Under the pieces are notes generated by a model, which worked only from the letters and a program-made list of their open reading frames with translations, had not been told where the DNA came from and did not search any database. From an uncultured Gammaproteobacteria bacterium (GTDB lineage: Bacteria; Patescibacteriota; Patescibacteriia; Magasanikbacterales; UBA922), in NCBI GenBank assembly GCA_964571295.1, contig CAZNAO010000001.1, forward strand, positions 3,749-67,748: a DNA stretch of 64,000 bases. The letters are read 5' to 3'. The translations under genes were made by a program, and so were the position numbers. The stretch's first letter is position 1. Every line of letters starts with the position of its first letter. Shown here one piece after another: positions 17,211-26,238 of this stretch.

Positions 17211-17444
17211 TTATTTCGGAACGAATGCGAGCAAACCTGCAATACGTGCCTGCTTGATTGCGCGCGCGATTTGTCTCTGGTGCTTTGCGCACAATCCGCT
17301 TCGTTTACGAGGTTGTATCTTCATATATGAAGAAGTAAACCGTCGCAATCCTTCGTTGTCTTTGTAATCAATCTGCTTTTCTTTATTGATGCAGAAATGA
17401 CACTGTTTACGCTTTTTATGAGTTTTTTCTTTCGTTGATTTCAT
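17211..17444 (-). CDS. rpsR: 30S ribosomal protein S18
   Basis: CHFC...IDYKD...LRRF...RKRSGLCAKHQRQIARAIKQAR is the bS18 signature. Confidence 0.9.
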   Translation of the reverse strand: MKSTKEKTHKKRKQCHFCINKEKQIDYKDNEGLRRFTSSYMKIQPRKRSGLCAKHQRQIARAIKQARIAGLLAFVPK

Positions 17445-17459
17445 ACACTAATTCGTGAA

Positions 17460-17900
17460 TTAAAACGGAATGTCTTCTACTTTGATCTCATCATCGCCCA
17501 CTGCCTGTGGAGGCTCTGACCGGCTATCTTCTTTATTTCCACCGAACACTTCTCCAGATGGAGCTCCGCCTCGCGGCGCATCCAACATGATCAAATTTTC
17601 CGCTATGATTTCAGTACGGTATCGTTTGACCCCATCTTGACCTGTCCAATCACGGGTTTCAAGACGTCCTTCGAGGTATACCCGCCGTCCTTTGCCGAGA
17701 TACTGACCGGCGATATCCGCAAGCTTTCCCCACAATACCACATTATGATATTCCGGACGTTCCTGACGCGTTCCTGATGCATCTTTCCATACCCTACTCG
17801 TCGCAACACCGATATTTGCGACACTTTGCCCAGAGGGCGTGCTTTTGACTTCTGGGTCACGGGTGAGGCGACCGAGAATAGTAGCTCGATTCAGATCCAT
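17460..17900 (-). CDS. ssb: single-stranded DNA-binding protein
   Basis: OB-fold N-terminus (MDLNRATILGRLTRDPEV...VVLWGKLA), a Gly-rich tail and an acidic C-terminal DIPF. Confidence 0.9.
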   Translation of the reverse strand: MDLNRATILGRLTRDPEVKSTPSGQSVANIGVATSRVWKDASGTRQERPEYHNVVLWGKLADIAGQYLGKGRRVYLEGRLETRDWTGQDGVKRYRTEIIAENLIMLDAPRGGAPSGEVFGGNKEDSRSEPPQAVGDDEIKVEDIPF

Positions 17901-17971
17901 ATAGAGATCTATTTAGTAAATAAGTGCCGAACCCTCCTTGGATTAGGGAACGACGTTTTTCTTATTTGCTA

Positions 17972-18481
17972 TTATACATTATCAATATCTTTCTGCAACA
18001 TTTCATCGAGTTTTGCGTCGATATTCTCAAGGTTGAGTCTTGACTCTGCTTTTTCTACAGCCTTCTCCTCTACAACTGCTTCTTTTACAATTGTCTCCCT
18101 CTTGGCTTCATTTCGAAAACTCCGAGGAGTCTCTTCCTTTGGAGGAGCGGAAAGTGCAGTTGGATCTGATGCGAGTGTAATCGTTGCCTTTTGCTTTGGA
18201 TTGTGCACCTGGATACTCACTCGGAGGATCCCGCCCAGCAGACGAACATTTCTCTCAAGCACCTGTACTTTTACAGACTCAAGATTGAAAGTAAACAGTT
18301 CAAAATACCCATATCTGATATGTTTGACTGGGTACGCAAGCCTGCTTTTCCCAAGATCGAGGATCGTTGTTTCTTCAGCACCCTGTGCTTTGAGTTGCTC
18401 CTGGATTTGTGCCACCATTGGAGCCACCTCATTTTCAGCAAGGGTTCCCGGGAGGACACAAAGCATCTCGTATTTTTTCAT
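17972..18481 (-). CDS. rpsF: 30S ribosomal protein S6 with an extended acidic/Lys-rich C-terminus
   Basis: MKKYEMLCVL... N-terminus typical of bS6. Sits in the conserved rpsF-ssb-rpsR order. Confidence 0.8.
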   Translation of the reverse strand: MKKYEMLCVLPGTLAENEVAPMVAQIQEQLKAQGAEETTILDLGKSRLAYPVKHIRYGYFELFTFNLESVKVQVLERNVRLLGGILRVSIQVHNPKQKATITLASDPTALSAPPKEETPRSFRNEAKRETIVKEAVVEEKAVEKAESRLNLENIDAKLDEMLQKDIDNV

Positions 18482-18735
18482 AGTTTTTCTCCTAGAAAAT
18501 CATGGTAAATAAAATGTGTAGATACAAAAAACACCTTTGTTTGATCACACCAACCGTAATCTCGGTTTTTAACGTCTGGAAAGCGTTATCTTGTGTGATC
18601 TGCGACCGGGCGTACTATAGCAAGGAACGAAGTTCTTGTCAATACAGCGATTTTGTCTACATTCAAAGTTTAAAACTCAAACCTCAAAACTGGAACTAAA
18701 CATTACTAACCTTTTGAAAGATCTAAGCTATAATT

Positions 18736-20532
18736 TTGAAATTTAAGTTGGATGAGATCATTTATCAAAAATATGATATACTATCTCCGTACATTGGATT
18801 TCATTCCATTTTTCTTATGTTACCCTTGGACGAACTCAAGCTTCTCTTGACCAAAAAATTCAAATTAAGCACGGGAGATATTACTACCTACCTTGAAGAA
18901 GCGAAGAGTCGAGGAAAGGATCTTGAAACATATCTTATTGAGAAAAATATACTCAAAGAGGACGTTCTTTACGATACGATTGCCGAGGTTTTTGGTTTTT
19001 CCCGAATCACCTTAAAAGGCAAAGATATCCCCCCTGAAGTCTTACACGAACTACCTGAAGCATTTGCTGAGGCACATACCATTATCGCATTCGAGAAAAC
19101 CGACCACATTCTTCGTGTTGCGCTTACCGATCCTACTGACATCCAAACTATCGAATTCATCAAGCGCAAGACACGAAAAGACGTGGAGGTGTTTGTTGCA
19201 ACCTCGCGAGATATCCGTGAAGCGCTTCGGAAATATCGGCTGGATCTGAAACAGGAGTTGAGTCAACCACTGTCCCATAATGATTCGACTGATCTCAAAA
19301 AAGCCGCTGAGGAGCTGCCTATTATCAATATCGTTAAAACTATTCTCGAGCATTCAGTATTTGAAAATTCAAGTGATATCCATATTGAACCGACCGAGGG
19401 TGACGTAGTCGTTCGATTTAGAATCGACGGCATTCTTCGGGAGATGATGCATTTACCAAAACCGGTACAAAATGGCATTGTCGCACGCATTAAAATTCTT
19501 TCAAACCTGAAGATTGACGAGCACATGATTCCACAAGATGGACGTTTCAAAATTTCAGTCCAGGGCGAAACATTATCGTTTCGCGTGTCGATCATTCCGG
19601 TCTATGACGGCGAAAAGATTGTCATGCGTCTTCTCCACGAAGGACAAAAACCTCTTACACTCGATGAACTCGGATTTTTACCCGGTATCAAAGAACTGGT
19701 GGAGGAGTCGATCGAGAAACCGCACGGCATGGTTCTCGTCACTGGTCCGACCGGATCTGGAAAAACAACCACACTCTATTCTCTTCTCGGCATGCTCAAT
19801 CAGCCAGATGTAAATATCTGCACTATCGAAGACCCGATCGAGTATCATGTGGGTGGTATTAATCAAAGCCAGATCAATCCTAAAGCCGGATTTACGTTTG
19901 CCTCAGGACTTCGCGCATTCCTCAGACAAGACCCAGATATTATTATGGTCGGAGAAATTCGTGACAAAGAAACTGCAGAAATTGCGATCCATGCCGCGAT
20001 GACTGGACACCTCGTACTTTCAACCCTCCACACCAACGACGCTCCGACCACGCTTCCACGCTTACTCGACATGGATATTCCACCGTTTTTAGTGGCATTC
20101 ACTTCAAATATCATTATTGCTCAGCGATTGGTCAGAAAAATTTGCCCGAATTGTAAAGAATCCTTCAAATTGAGTGGCAAAGAATTGAAGCAAATTCACA
20201 CACTTATTGACCGATCTACCATGACCTCGTTATTCAAACAATATAAAATTCCGTTTTCCGCAAAAGAAAAAACTTTGGAATCCATGACGTTTTACCGAGG
20301 TAAAGGGTGTAAGAAATGCAGTAATTCAGGATATAAAGGTCGTATTGGTATTTACGAAGTCATGGTAATTGACGAAGGACTCCAAAAAATTATCAATACG
20401 AATGCCACAGCGACCGATATCAAAACACACGCACTAAAACACGGTATGATTACCCTCTTTCAGGATGGATTTCTCAAGGCAAAACAAGGAATCACCACGA
20501 TTGAAGAAATCTTACGCGCAACCAAAGACTAG
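18736..20532 (+). CDS. pilB: type IV pilus assembly ATPase PilB (GspE family)
   Basis: GspE-N domains, Walker A VLVTGPTGSGKTTTLYS, Asp box, and a CxxC...CxxC zinc motif (CPNC...CKKC). The first codon is TTG; the alternative ATG is at 18817. Confidence 0.85.
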   Translation: MKFKLDEIIYQKYDILSPYIGFHSIFLMLPLDELKLLLTKKFKLSTGDITTYLEEAKSRGKDLETYLIEKNILKEDVLYDTIAEVFGFSRITLKGKDIPPEVLHELPEAFAEAHTIIAFEKTDHILRVALTDPTDIQTIEFIKRKTRKDVEVFVATSRDIREALRKYRLDLKQELSQPLSHNDSTDLKKAAEELPIINIVKTILEHSVFENSSDIHIEPTEGDVVVRFRIDGILREMMHLPKPVQNGIVARIKILSNLKIDEHMIPQDGRFKISVQGETLSFRVSIIPVYDGEKIVMRLLHEGQKPLTLDELGFLPGIKELVEESIEKPHGMVLVTGPTGSGKTTTLYSLLGMLNQPDVNICTIEDPIEYHVGGINQSQINPKAGFTFASGLRAFLRQDPDIIMVGEIRDKETAEIAIHAAMTGHLVLSTLHTNDAPTTLPRLLDMDIPPFLVAFTSNIIIAQRLVRKICPNCKESFKLSGKELKQIHTLIDRSTMTSLFKQYKIPFSAKEKTLESMTFYRGKGCKKCSNSGYKGRIGIYEVMVIDEGLQKIINTNATATDIKTHALKHGMITLFQDGFLKAKQGITTIEEILRATKD

Positions 20533-20538
20533 TATAGT

Positions 20539-21660
20539 ATGGCAGACGCTTATTCATTTGCACAACCTACTTCCCAACCACGAGGCCTCAATGCGTTTAT
20601 GCTGGAGCACGTTACTCGCGTTCCATTGGTCGATCGTATTTTTTTTCTTGACCATCTACGTACCATGATTCATGCCGGTCTTTCCCTGGTCGAAGGACTT
20701 CATGTCTTGAGCAAAGAAACACAAAACAAAAAATTATTACATATCGTCGGAGACATTACTGCATACGTAGAAAAAGGGAATCAGTTGAGCGATGCCTTGA
20801 AACGATATCCTAAAATTTTTCCCGATCTTCAGACTACGATGATCGCTTCAGGTGAGATTGCTGGACAACTTGAAGAATCTTTGGAGCAGGTGGTCACACA
20901 AATGAAAAAAAGTCATGCTCTGACTTCGAGTATTAAAGGTGCCATGATTTACCCTGCAGTCGTGGTTTCTGCGATTGTGGTTATTGGTATTCTCATGGTC
21001 ACACTGGTATTGCCCAAGATCATCTCTCTATTCGATGAATTTGACGCTGAACTCCCACTTGCTACGCGCATCCTTATTGCCGTTACCAATTTTCTCTCAA
21101 AACCACTCAATTTGATTCTTATTTTTGCAGGAATTCTTGGTTTAATTACCTTATTTGTCTCCCTGCTTAAATCAAACATCTCGTTCAGGCGATCCGTGCA
21201 CACGCTTATCCTCAAACTTCCCATTGTTGGTCCTATTTCAAAAAAAATTAATCTTGCTCGTTTCTCAATCACACTTGCCTCTCTCCTCAAAAGCACCATT
21301 CCAATCGTGGATGCACTCCATATTTCTGCACAAACTTGTAAAAACATGCTTTACCGAGAAGCACTCGAGGCGGCAACACAAACGTTATCAAAAGGAGAGC
21401 AACTTTCTGACATTCTTTCGCAAAAACCCGAGCTGTTTCCTCCCATGGTTACTGAGATGGTCATGGTCGGTGAAAAAACCGGAGAAATCGATCACCTGCT
21501 TCAAGAATTATCTTCGTTCTATTCTGATGAAGTTGATAAAATTATGAAGAATTTCGCGACTATTATTGAACCTGTCGTAATTATTCTTCTCGGTCTTGGA
21601 GTTGCCGGAATTGCAGTTGCAGTCGTCATGCCAATGATGTCGTTAACCCAAAGTTTCTAA
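20539..21660 (+). CDS. pilC: type IV pilus platform protein PilC (GspF family)
   Basis: Two GspF repeats and three TM segments (e.g. MIYPAVVVSAIVVIGILMVTLVLP). Confidence 0.8.
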   Translation: MADAYSFAQPTSQPRGLNAFMLEHVTRVPLVDRIFFLDHLRTMIHAGLSLVEGLHVLSKETQNKKLLHIVGDITAYVEKGNQLSDALKRYPKIFPDLQTTMIASGEIAGQLEESLEQVVTQMKKSHALTSSIKGAMIYPAVVVSAIVVIGILMVTLVLPKIISLFDEFDAELPLATRILIAVTNFLSKPLNLILIFAGILGLITLFVSLLKSNISFRRSVHTLILKLPIVGPISKKINLARFSITLASLLKSTIPIVDALHISAQTCKNMLYREALEAATQTLSKGEQLSDILSQKPELFPPMVTEMVMVGEKTGEIDHLLQELSSFYSDEVDKIMKNFATIIEPVVIILLGLGVAGIAVAVVMPMMSLTQSF

Positions 21661-21664
21661 TCAC

Positions 21665-22774
21665 ATGCTCATACACTTATTCCCGCACGCATTCGGAATT
21701 GATATCGGAGACCGATCTGTAAAACTGGTCCAGCTTAGAAATAGTCCCAAACTCAGAACCACAGCATTTGAACCGGTCGCGATGCGTATGTGCCCCCTAG
21801 CACCCGGATTGATAGTCAATGGTATTATCGAGCAACCTGAACTTGTACGACGAGAAATCGCCAAACTGCTCCACGGGATGCGAAAAGGCGAACGTCCAAT
21901 CAAAAGTCCCTGGGTAGTTGCCTCGGTTCCGGAAAATCATAGTTTTCTTAAACTCATCTCCATACCCGGAATGCAGCTTGAAAATGTGGACACATTTGAC
22001 CCTGCGCCATATGTTTCAACCTATTTACCGGTTGACGATCTCGACAGCTACACCCTTGATTGGCACGTAGTGCACCAAGAAGAACCCACGTCAGACGTGC
22101 AAGTTTTGGTGGGCGCTATTCCGAAACGTATCGCAGACAGCTACACGTATCTACTGGAAAGTCTGGGGCTGGGGGTTATGGCACTCGAGATCGAAGAAGT
22201 CGCAATTGCGCGATCCATGGTGACCGCACGAAAACAATACAATGAGGAAGCACGTGCCATTGTCGACATCGGATCCACACGCACGCAGGTTATCATTTAT
22301 GATCACGATATTATTCAATTCTCTACCGTACTCCCCTTTTCTGGGGAGATGCTTACTCGTATAGTCATGGACGCAACCAAGCTCGGAGCAGAACAAGCGG
22401 AGCAAGCAAAAAAAGAAGTCGGTCTTGATATTTCAAAAGACAAAAAAATTTCAGCTGCACTCCTCAAAGCAGTAAAAGAATTTAGAAAATCTCTGACACA
22501 CACCCTATCTTCATATTATGGTCATAATACCATATCCGCGAATCGAATCACTCGAATTGTGCTCTGTGGCGGCGCCGGCAATTTACCACATCTTGACGTA
22601 TTCCTCGCCGAAGAACTGGGAATTGAATGTGTCCATGGTAACGTATGGAAAAATTTGAGTATTGACCCGAAACACGCCCCGGTTGACAACGCAACAGCGC
22701 TCTCATACGCAACAGCAATCGGCCTGGCACTCAGAGCCGCAGACAATCCTTTTAACACGAGAGATACCATTTAG
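21665..22774 (+). CDS. pilM: type IV pilus assembly protein PilM (actin-like ATPase)
   Basis: FGIDIGDRSVKLVQL and ...VDIGSTRTQVIIY... actin-fold motifs. Confidence 0.75.
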   Translation: MLIHLFPHAFGIDIGDRSVKLVQLRNSPKLRTTAFEPVAMRMCPLAPGLIVNGIIEQPELVRREIAKLLHGMRKGERPIKSPWVVASVPENHSFLKLISIPGMQLENVDTFDPAPYVSTYLPVDDLDSYTLDWHVVHQEEPTSDVQVLVGAIPKRIADSYTYLLESLGLGVMALEIEEVAIARSMVTARKQYNEEARAIVDIGSTRTQVIIYDHDIIQFSTVLPFSGEMLTRIVMDATKLGAEQAEQAKKEVGLDISKDKKISAALLKAVKEFRKSLTHTLSSYYGHNTISANRITRIVLCGGAGNLPHLDVFLAEELGIECVHGNVWKNLSIDPKHAPVDNATALSYATAIGLALRAADNPFNTRDTI

Positions 22775-22777
22775 CAT

Positions 22778-23308
22778 ATGATGTTCCCGATTCGCATCAA
22801 CGTATTGTCCGCATCGAAAAAGAGACATCTTCGACATCTTACCTTGTTTACGTACATCAAAAGTGCATGTGCAGTCGTGTTTTCACTTCTTGGTATTCTC
22901 GCTGCTCTACTTCTGGTCGTACAAAATTTTTTTATTGATTACCAGAACGCACTTTCGTATACTGCATTCGGAGCACCCCCATCACACCATGAAGATACCA
23001 AAAAAGTCGATAATGCAAATAAAAATCTCAAGCGTATTGGTGCGGTACAACAAGGATTTATACTATGGTCACCTCGTATCGATACAATACTTCGTGCATT
23101 GCCTCGGGGTGTTACCGTACACTCGGTTTCATTTGACCATGAGCTCAATCAATTTTCATTGGCCGGCATTGCTGATACCCGCCAAACCCTAGAAGCAACG
23201 GAAGCAGCGCTCACATCACTTTCGATTCTCGAATCAGTGACTATTCCACCCGGTGATCTAACCCAGCGCGAACTGATTTCATTTACCGTCGAAGCGGCAC
23301 TCAAATAG
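22778..23308 (+). CDS. pilN: PilN-like bitopic pilus assembly protein
   Basis: Single TM segment (AVVFSLLGILAALLLVV) followed by a periplasmic domain; sits immediately after pilM. Confidence 0.6.
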   Translation: MMFPIRINVLSASKKRHLRHLTLFTYIKSACAVVFSLLGILAALLLVVQNFFIDYQNALSYTAFGAPPSHHEDTKKVDNANKNLKRIGAVQQGFILWSPRIDTILRALPRGVTVHSVSFDHELNQFSLAGIADTRQTLEATEAALTSLSILESVTIPPGDLTQRELISFTVEAALK

Positions 23309-23316
23309 TATACCCT

Positions 23317-23868
23317 ATGCGATTTACGATCACTCAAAAACTTACACTCACGATACTCCTCTTTGTCTCAGCAGGCACGGCTATTGTCCTTCTGCTTATT
23401 CTTCCTGCAATGTCTTCAATACAAAAAACCACTGAGTCAATGGTGGCTCAGATGGCTTCTGAGGATAAAGAACTGGAAAGACTCAGACTCCTTCGTCGGT
23501 CATTGACCGAGATCGACCAGATCGACCAGGATATTTCAAAGATTGATGCTATTTCGATCAGTCGAGCCGATGAACACGATATTATCGAGCGCCTTGAAAC
23601 TCTCGCCCAGGAACATGGGGTCGACCAGCAGTTGTCGGTTTCGTACACTGCCGAGGGAGGATCTCCTGAATTTTCAGGGTATTATCTTTTTCATTTCTCC
23701 ACACGAGGAACCTTTGCACAGGTACGCTCCTACCTTGCAGACCTTGAACAACTTCCATACTACTTCATTATTCCCAAAATCACGGTTGAAAAAAATAATG
23801 ATTCCGCCTCTACCGATTCGACGGTCCTCATTCAATTCAGCGCTATCCTTAATAGCACTTCATCATAA
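23317..23868 (+). CDS. pilO: PilO-like bitopic pilus assembly protein
   Basis: Single TM segment (LTLTILLFVSAGTAIVLLLILP), then a coiled-coil plus globular domain; sits after pilN. Confidence 0.55.
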   Translation: MRFTITQKLTLTILLFVSAGTAIVLLLILPAMSSIQKTTESMVAQMASEDKELERLRLLRRSLTEIDQIDQDISKIDAISISRADEHDIIERLETLAQEHGVDQQLSVSYTAEGGSPEFSGYYLFHFSTRGTFAQVRSYLADLEQLPYYFIIPKITVEKNNDSASTDSTVLIQFSAILNSTSS

Positions 23869-23872
23869 TCGT

Positions 23873-24253
23873 ATGCGCTTCACTTCCGCCCAATCCGCAC
23901 GAACCCCCACCTCTCCCGAGTACGCAAATGTGCACATACTTAAATGGATTAGTGTTCTTGTGGGATGTACCTGTCTCGCAATTGCAGCGTATGCCACATG
24001 GAAAATCTACACTCTCTCAAATCGTATTGGAATGAATGAAATTTCTCTTGAAGTCGCAAGTCTTTCGAGCCGGGTATCACCGATCAATTTCGGACTACTT
24101 GAGGAAGTGCTTACCATTGACAAAGAAAAAAAAACGTTTATGCTTCCCCCCATTGACTGGGATATGTTTTACTCGACTTCAACCCCTTCATCCATACTAA
24201 CCTCGACCCCTTCTTCATCCGTAACATCCAGCTCAACTTCAACTCCGCTATGA
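23873..24253 (+). CDS. hypothetical membrane protein with a Ser/Thr/Pro-rich tail (last gene of the pil operon)
   Basis: ATG at 23873, chosen because the upstream part of the track ORF overlaps pilO. TM segment ILKWISVLVGCTCLAIAAYATW; C-terminus TSTPSSILTSTPSSSVTSSSTSTPL. Confidence 0.45.
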   Translation: MRFTSAQSARTPTSPEYANVHILKWISVLVGCTCLAIAAYATWKIYTLSNRIGMNEISLEVASLSSRVSPINFGLLEEVLTIDKEKKTFMLPPIDWDMFYSTSTPSSILTSTPSSSVTSSSTSTPL

Positions 24254-25377
24254 ACACATACGCATTTGAACTCGGACACCAGCCACACATTTCTCAAGCT
24301 GAAATTATCTCGGTATTGAAACGACTCTCGATTTCTACCACACTCGTATCATCAAACGATACTTTTTGTATCATTGAGACCGAAAACCCGCTAAAGGTGA
24401 CACAGCTCATGTATATTCTCGGAGGAACTATTCGCATCGCGCGACGAATTGAATCACAAGGTTCTGAACAAAAGACATTACTTGCACATCTGGAACATAC
24501 TACTGAGGGAAAAATTCAATTTTCACTTTCCGGAGCCAATGCGAAATCACTGGCACTTACTCTTAAAAAAGAATTGCAATCACGCGGACGATCAGTCCGC
24601 TACATCGAAGCGAAGAATACTGCAACCGTTATTCATAACAATTTGATCGAAAAACAAGGAGATTTGATCAAAATCGGACATGAGTGGTTTGTCACTGAAG
24701 CTGTTCAAGATATCGCTGATTTTACTAAAAGAGATTATGAACGCCCTCGGACGGATAGCAAAAGTGGTATGCTCCCACCCAAACTCGCACGTATGATGGT
24801 CAATCTTGCGGAGGTGCCACTTGATGCGCATATTCTTGATCCATTTTGTGGTTCAGGGACGATACTAATTGAAGCTTTGTCGCTTGGCTACTCACAGGTC
24901 TCAGGGTCGGATACTTCTGAAAAAGCAGTAGAGGATTCGACAGCAAATATCAGCTGGTTTCGAAAAGAACATCCCAAACTAGTAGCACAAACTACGGTAC
25001 ACCTCGCATCTGCGACCGCATTGTCAAAGGTGTTCGCACCGTCTTCGGTCGATGCGATTGTTTCTGAGCCGTATATGGGCAAACCCCTCCGCGGACATGA
25101 GAGTAAGCCCGCACTTGAAGCCCAGGCACAAGAATTGAAGACACTGTTCATCGATAGTTTTCAATCAATGAGGAAGATCCTTTCAGATAACGGTATCGTT
25201 ATTTTTATCATCCCTATTTTCAAACACGACAATGAGTGGATTCGCACTCGTGCACATCTCGATATCGAAAAACTCGGGTTTACAATCGTCCCATTTTCTC
25301 CCGAACACGATTCGCTTCTCTATTCCCGCGGCGACCAGTTTGTCGGCCGGGAAATCTGGAAATTCAGGAAAGCTTGA
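24250..25377 (+). CDS. class I SAM-dependent RNA methyltransferase (UPF0020/Trm14-like, putative tRNA m2G methyltransferase)
   Basis: Motif I ILDPFCGSGTILIEA and motif IV-like IVSEPYMGKP. ATGA start/stop overlap with the previous gene. Confidence 0.65.
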   Translation: MNTYAFELGHQPHISQAEIISVLKRLSISTTLVSSNDTFCIIETENPLKVTQLMYILGGTIRIARRIESQGSEQKTLLAHLEHTTEGKIQFSLSGANAKSLALTLKKELQSRGRSVRYIEAKNTATVIHNNLIEKQGDLIKIGHEWFVTEAVQDIADFTKRDYERPRTDSKSGMLPPKLARMMVNLAEVPLDAHILDPFCGSGTILIEALSLGYSQVSGSDTSEKAVEDSTANISWFRKEHPKLVAQTTVHLASATALSKVFAPSSVDAIVSEPYMGKPLRGHESKPALEAQAQELKTLFIDSFQSMRKILSDNGIVIFIIPIFKHDNEWIRTRAHLDIEKLGFTIVPFSPEHDSLLYSRGDQFVGREIWKFRKA

Positions 25378-25443
25378 CACGCTGCCACGTTTTTGAGATT
25401 AATAGACACAGTGTTCGCTCTTTTTCTCAACCCGGAGGACCAC

Positions 25444-25839
25444 ATGGATCCCTTACTCTATGTTAAGGACGTCGAACGACGTCTCACGTGTGTGCACTCG
25501 AAATACACCCGACTCAAATGGTACTTCCTCATCCTGGTTTGCTTCGCCCTCGGCGTCGCAGTTGCAGGTGTGGTGCACGTAAGCTTGAACGCGCGACTCA
25601 AGGACGAAATCCAGACACGGCCGGTCAGCGGATTCGTGATCCGCAAAGACCGCAGTGCGGTGTACTTCATCACCGACGACCACAAGGCGATGTTCTTCAC
25701 CGGATGTCCCGGTATCCAGAACTATACCTTCCGATACGGTGAACGGATCGTCGTCTACGGCGACCATGACCACACCTGCCTCAAGTGGCTTGCGCCGGAG
25801 AATCCTACCCACCATGACCAGACCTTCTCGAAGCGATAA
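25444..25839 (+). CDS. hypothetical membrane-anchored protein (high-GC island)
   Basis: GGAGGA SD 4 nt before ATG 25444 and a TM segment WYFLILVCFALGVAVAGVV. G+C is visibly higher than in the flanks. Confidence 0.5.
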   Translation: MDPLLYVKDVERRLTCVHSKYTRLKWYFLILVCFALGVAVAGVVHVSLNARLKDEIQTRPVSGFVIRKDRSAVYFITDDHKAMFFTGCPGIQNYTFRYGERIVVYGDHDHTCLKWLAPENPTHHDQTFSKR

Positions 25840-25884
25840 CGGGCGCTCGAAGCCCTGGTGCATGCCGTCGGTTGACACCACACG

Positions 25885-25947
25885 AACACCTTTACACCGT
25901 CCGCATGCCTTTGCTATTCCGAATACGTTCGGAATAGCACAGGAGCC
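25885..25947. terminator. two-level bidirectional terminator hairpin
   Basis: CACCGTCCGC/GCGGACGGTG outer stem enclosing CTATTCCGAA-tacg-TTCGGAATAG, followed by TTTT. Confidence 0.6.
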
Positions 25948-25963
25948 GCGGACGGTGTTTTAG

Positions 25964-26182
25964 TTATTGTAATTCCACTATCTTTCTCTTACTGGTTTTA
26001 CCTTTTACGATCGTAATTCGCGATTTAGGAATATCAAAATATTCGCTCAAGATTTTGATCAGTTGTTCGTTTGCTTCCCCGTCGATTGGCGAAGCGGTCA
26101 GTTTCACCTGATAGTCGATTTCGGAAATCTTAACCACTTCTTTTTTTGCTGAGCGAGGTTTTACGGTAATATGTATTTTCAT
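25964..26182 (-). CDS. DUF167 (YggU) family protein
   Basis: 72 aa with the ...KVKLTASPIDGEANEQLIKILSEYFDIPKSRITIVKGKTSKRK... pattern of UPF0235/YggU. Confidence 0.75.
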   Translation of the reverse strand: MKIHITVKPRSAKKEVVKISEIDYQVKLTASPIDGEANEQLIKILSEYFDIPKSRITIVKGKTSKRKIVELQ

Positions 26183-26238
26183 AGTATCGGTAAGTATACA
26201 AAAAACAGATAGCTCTCGCCATCTGTTTTTTCTTTCAA

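Noticed and set aside
25453-25881. Minus-strand ORF antisense to the 25444..25839 gene
   Set aside because: The plus-strand ORF has a GGAGGA SD, an ATG and a clean TM helix. The minus-strand ORF has none of these.
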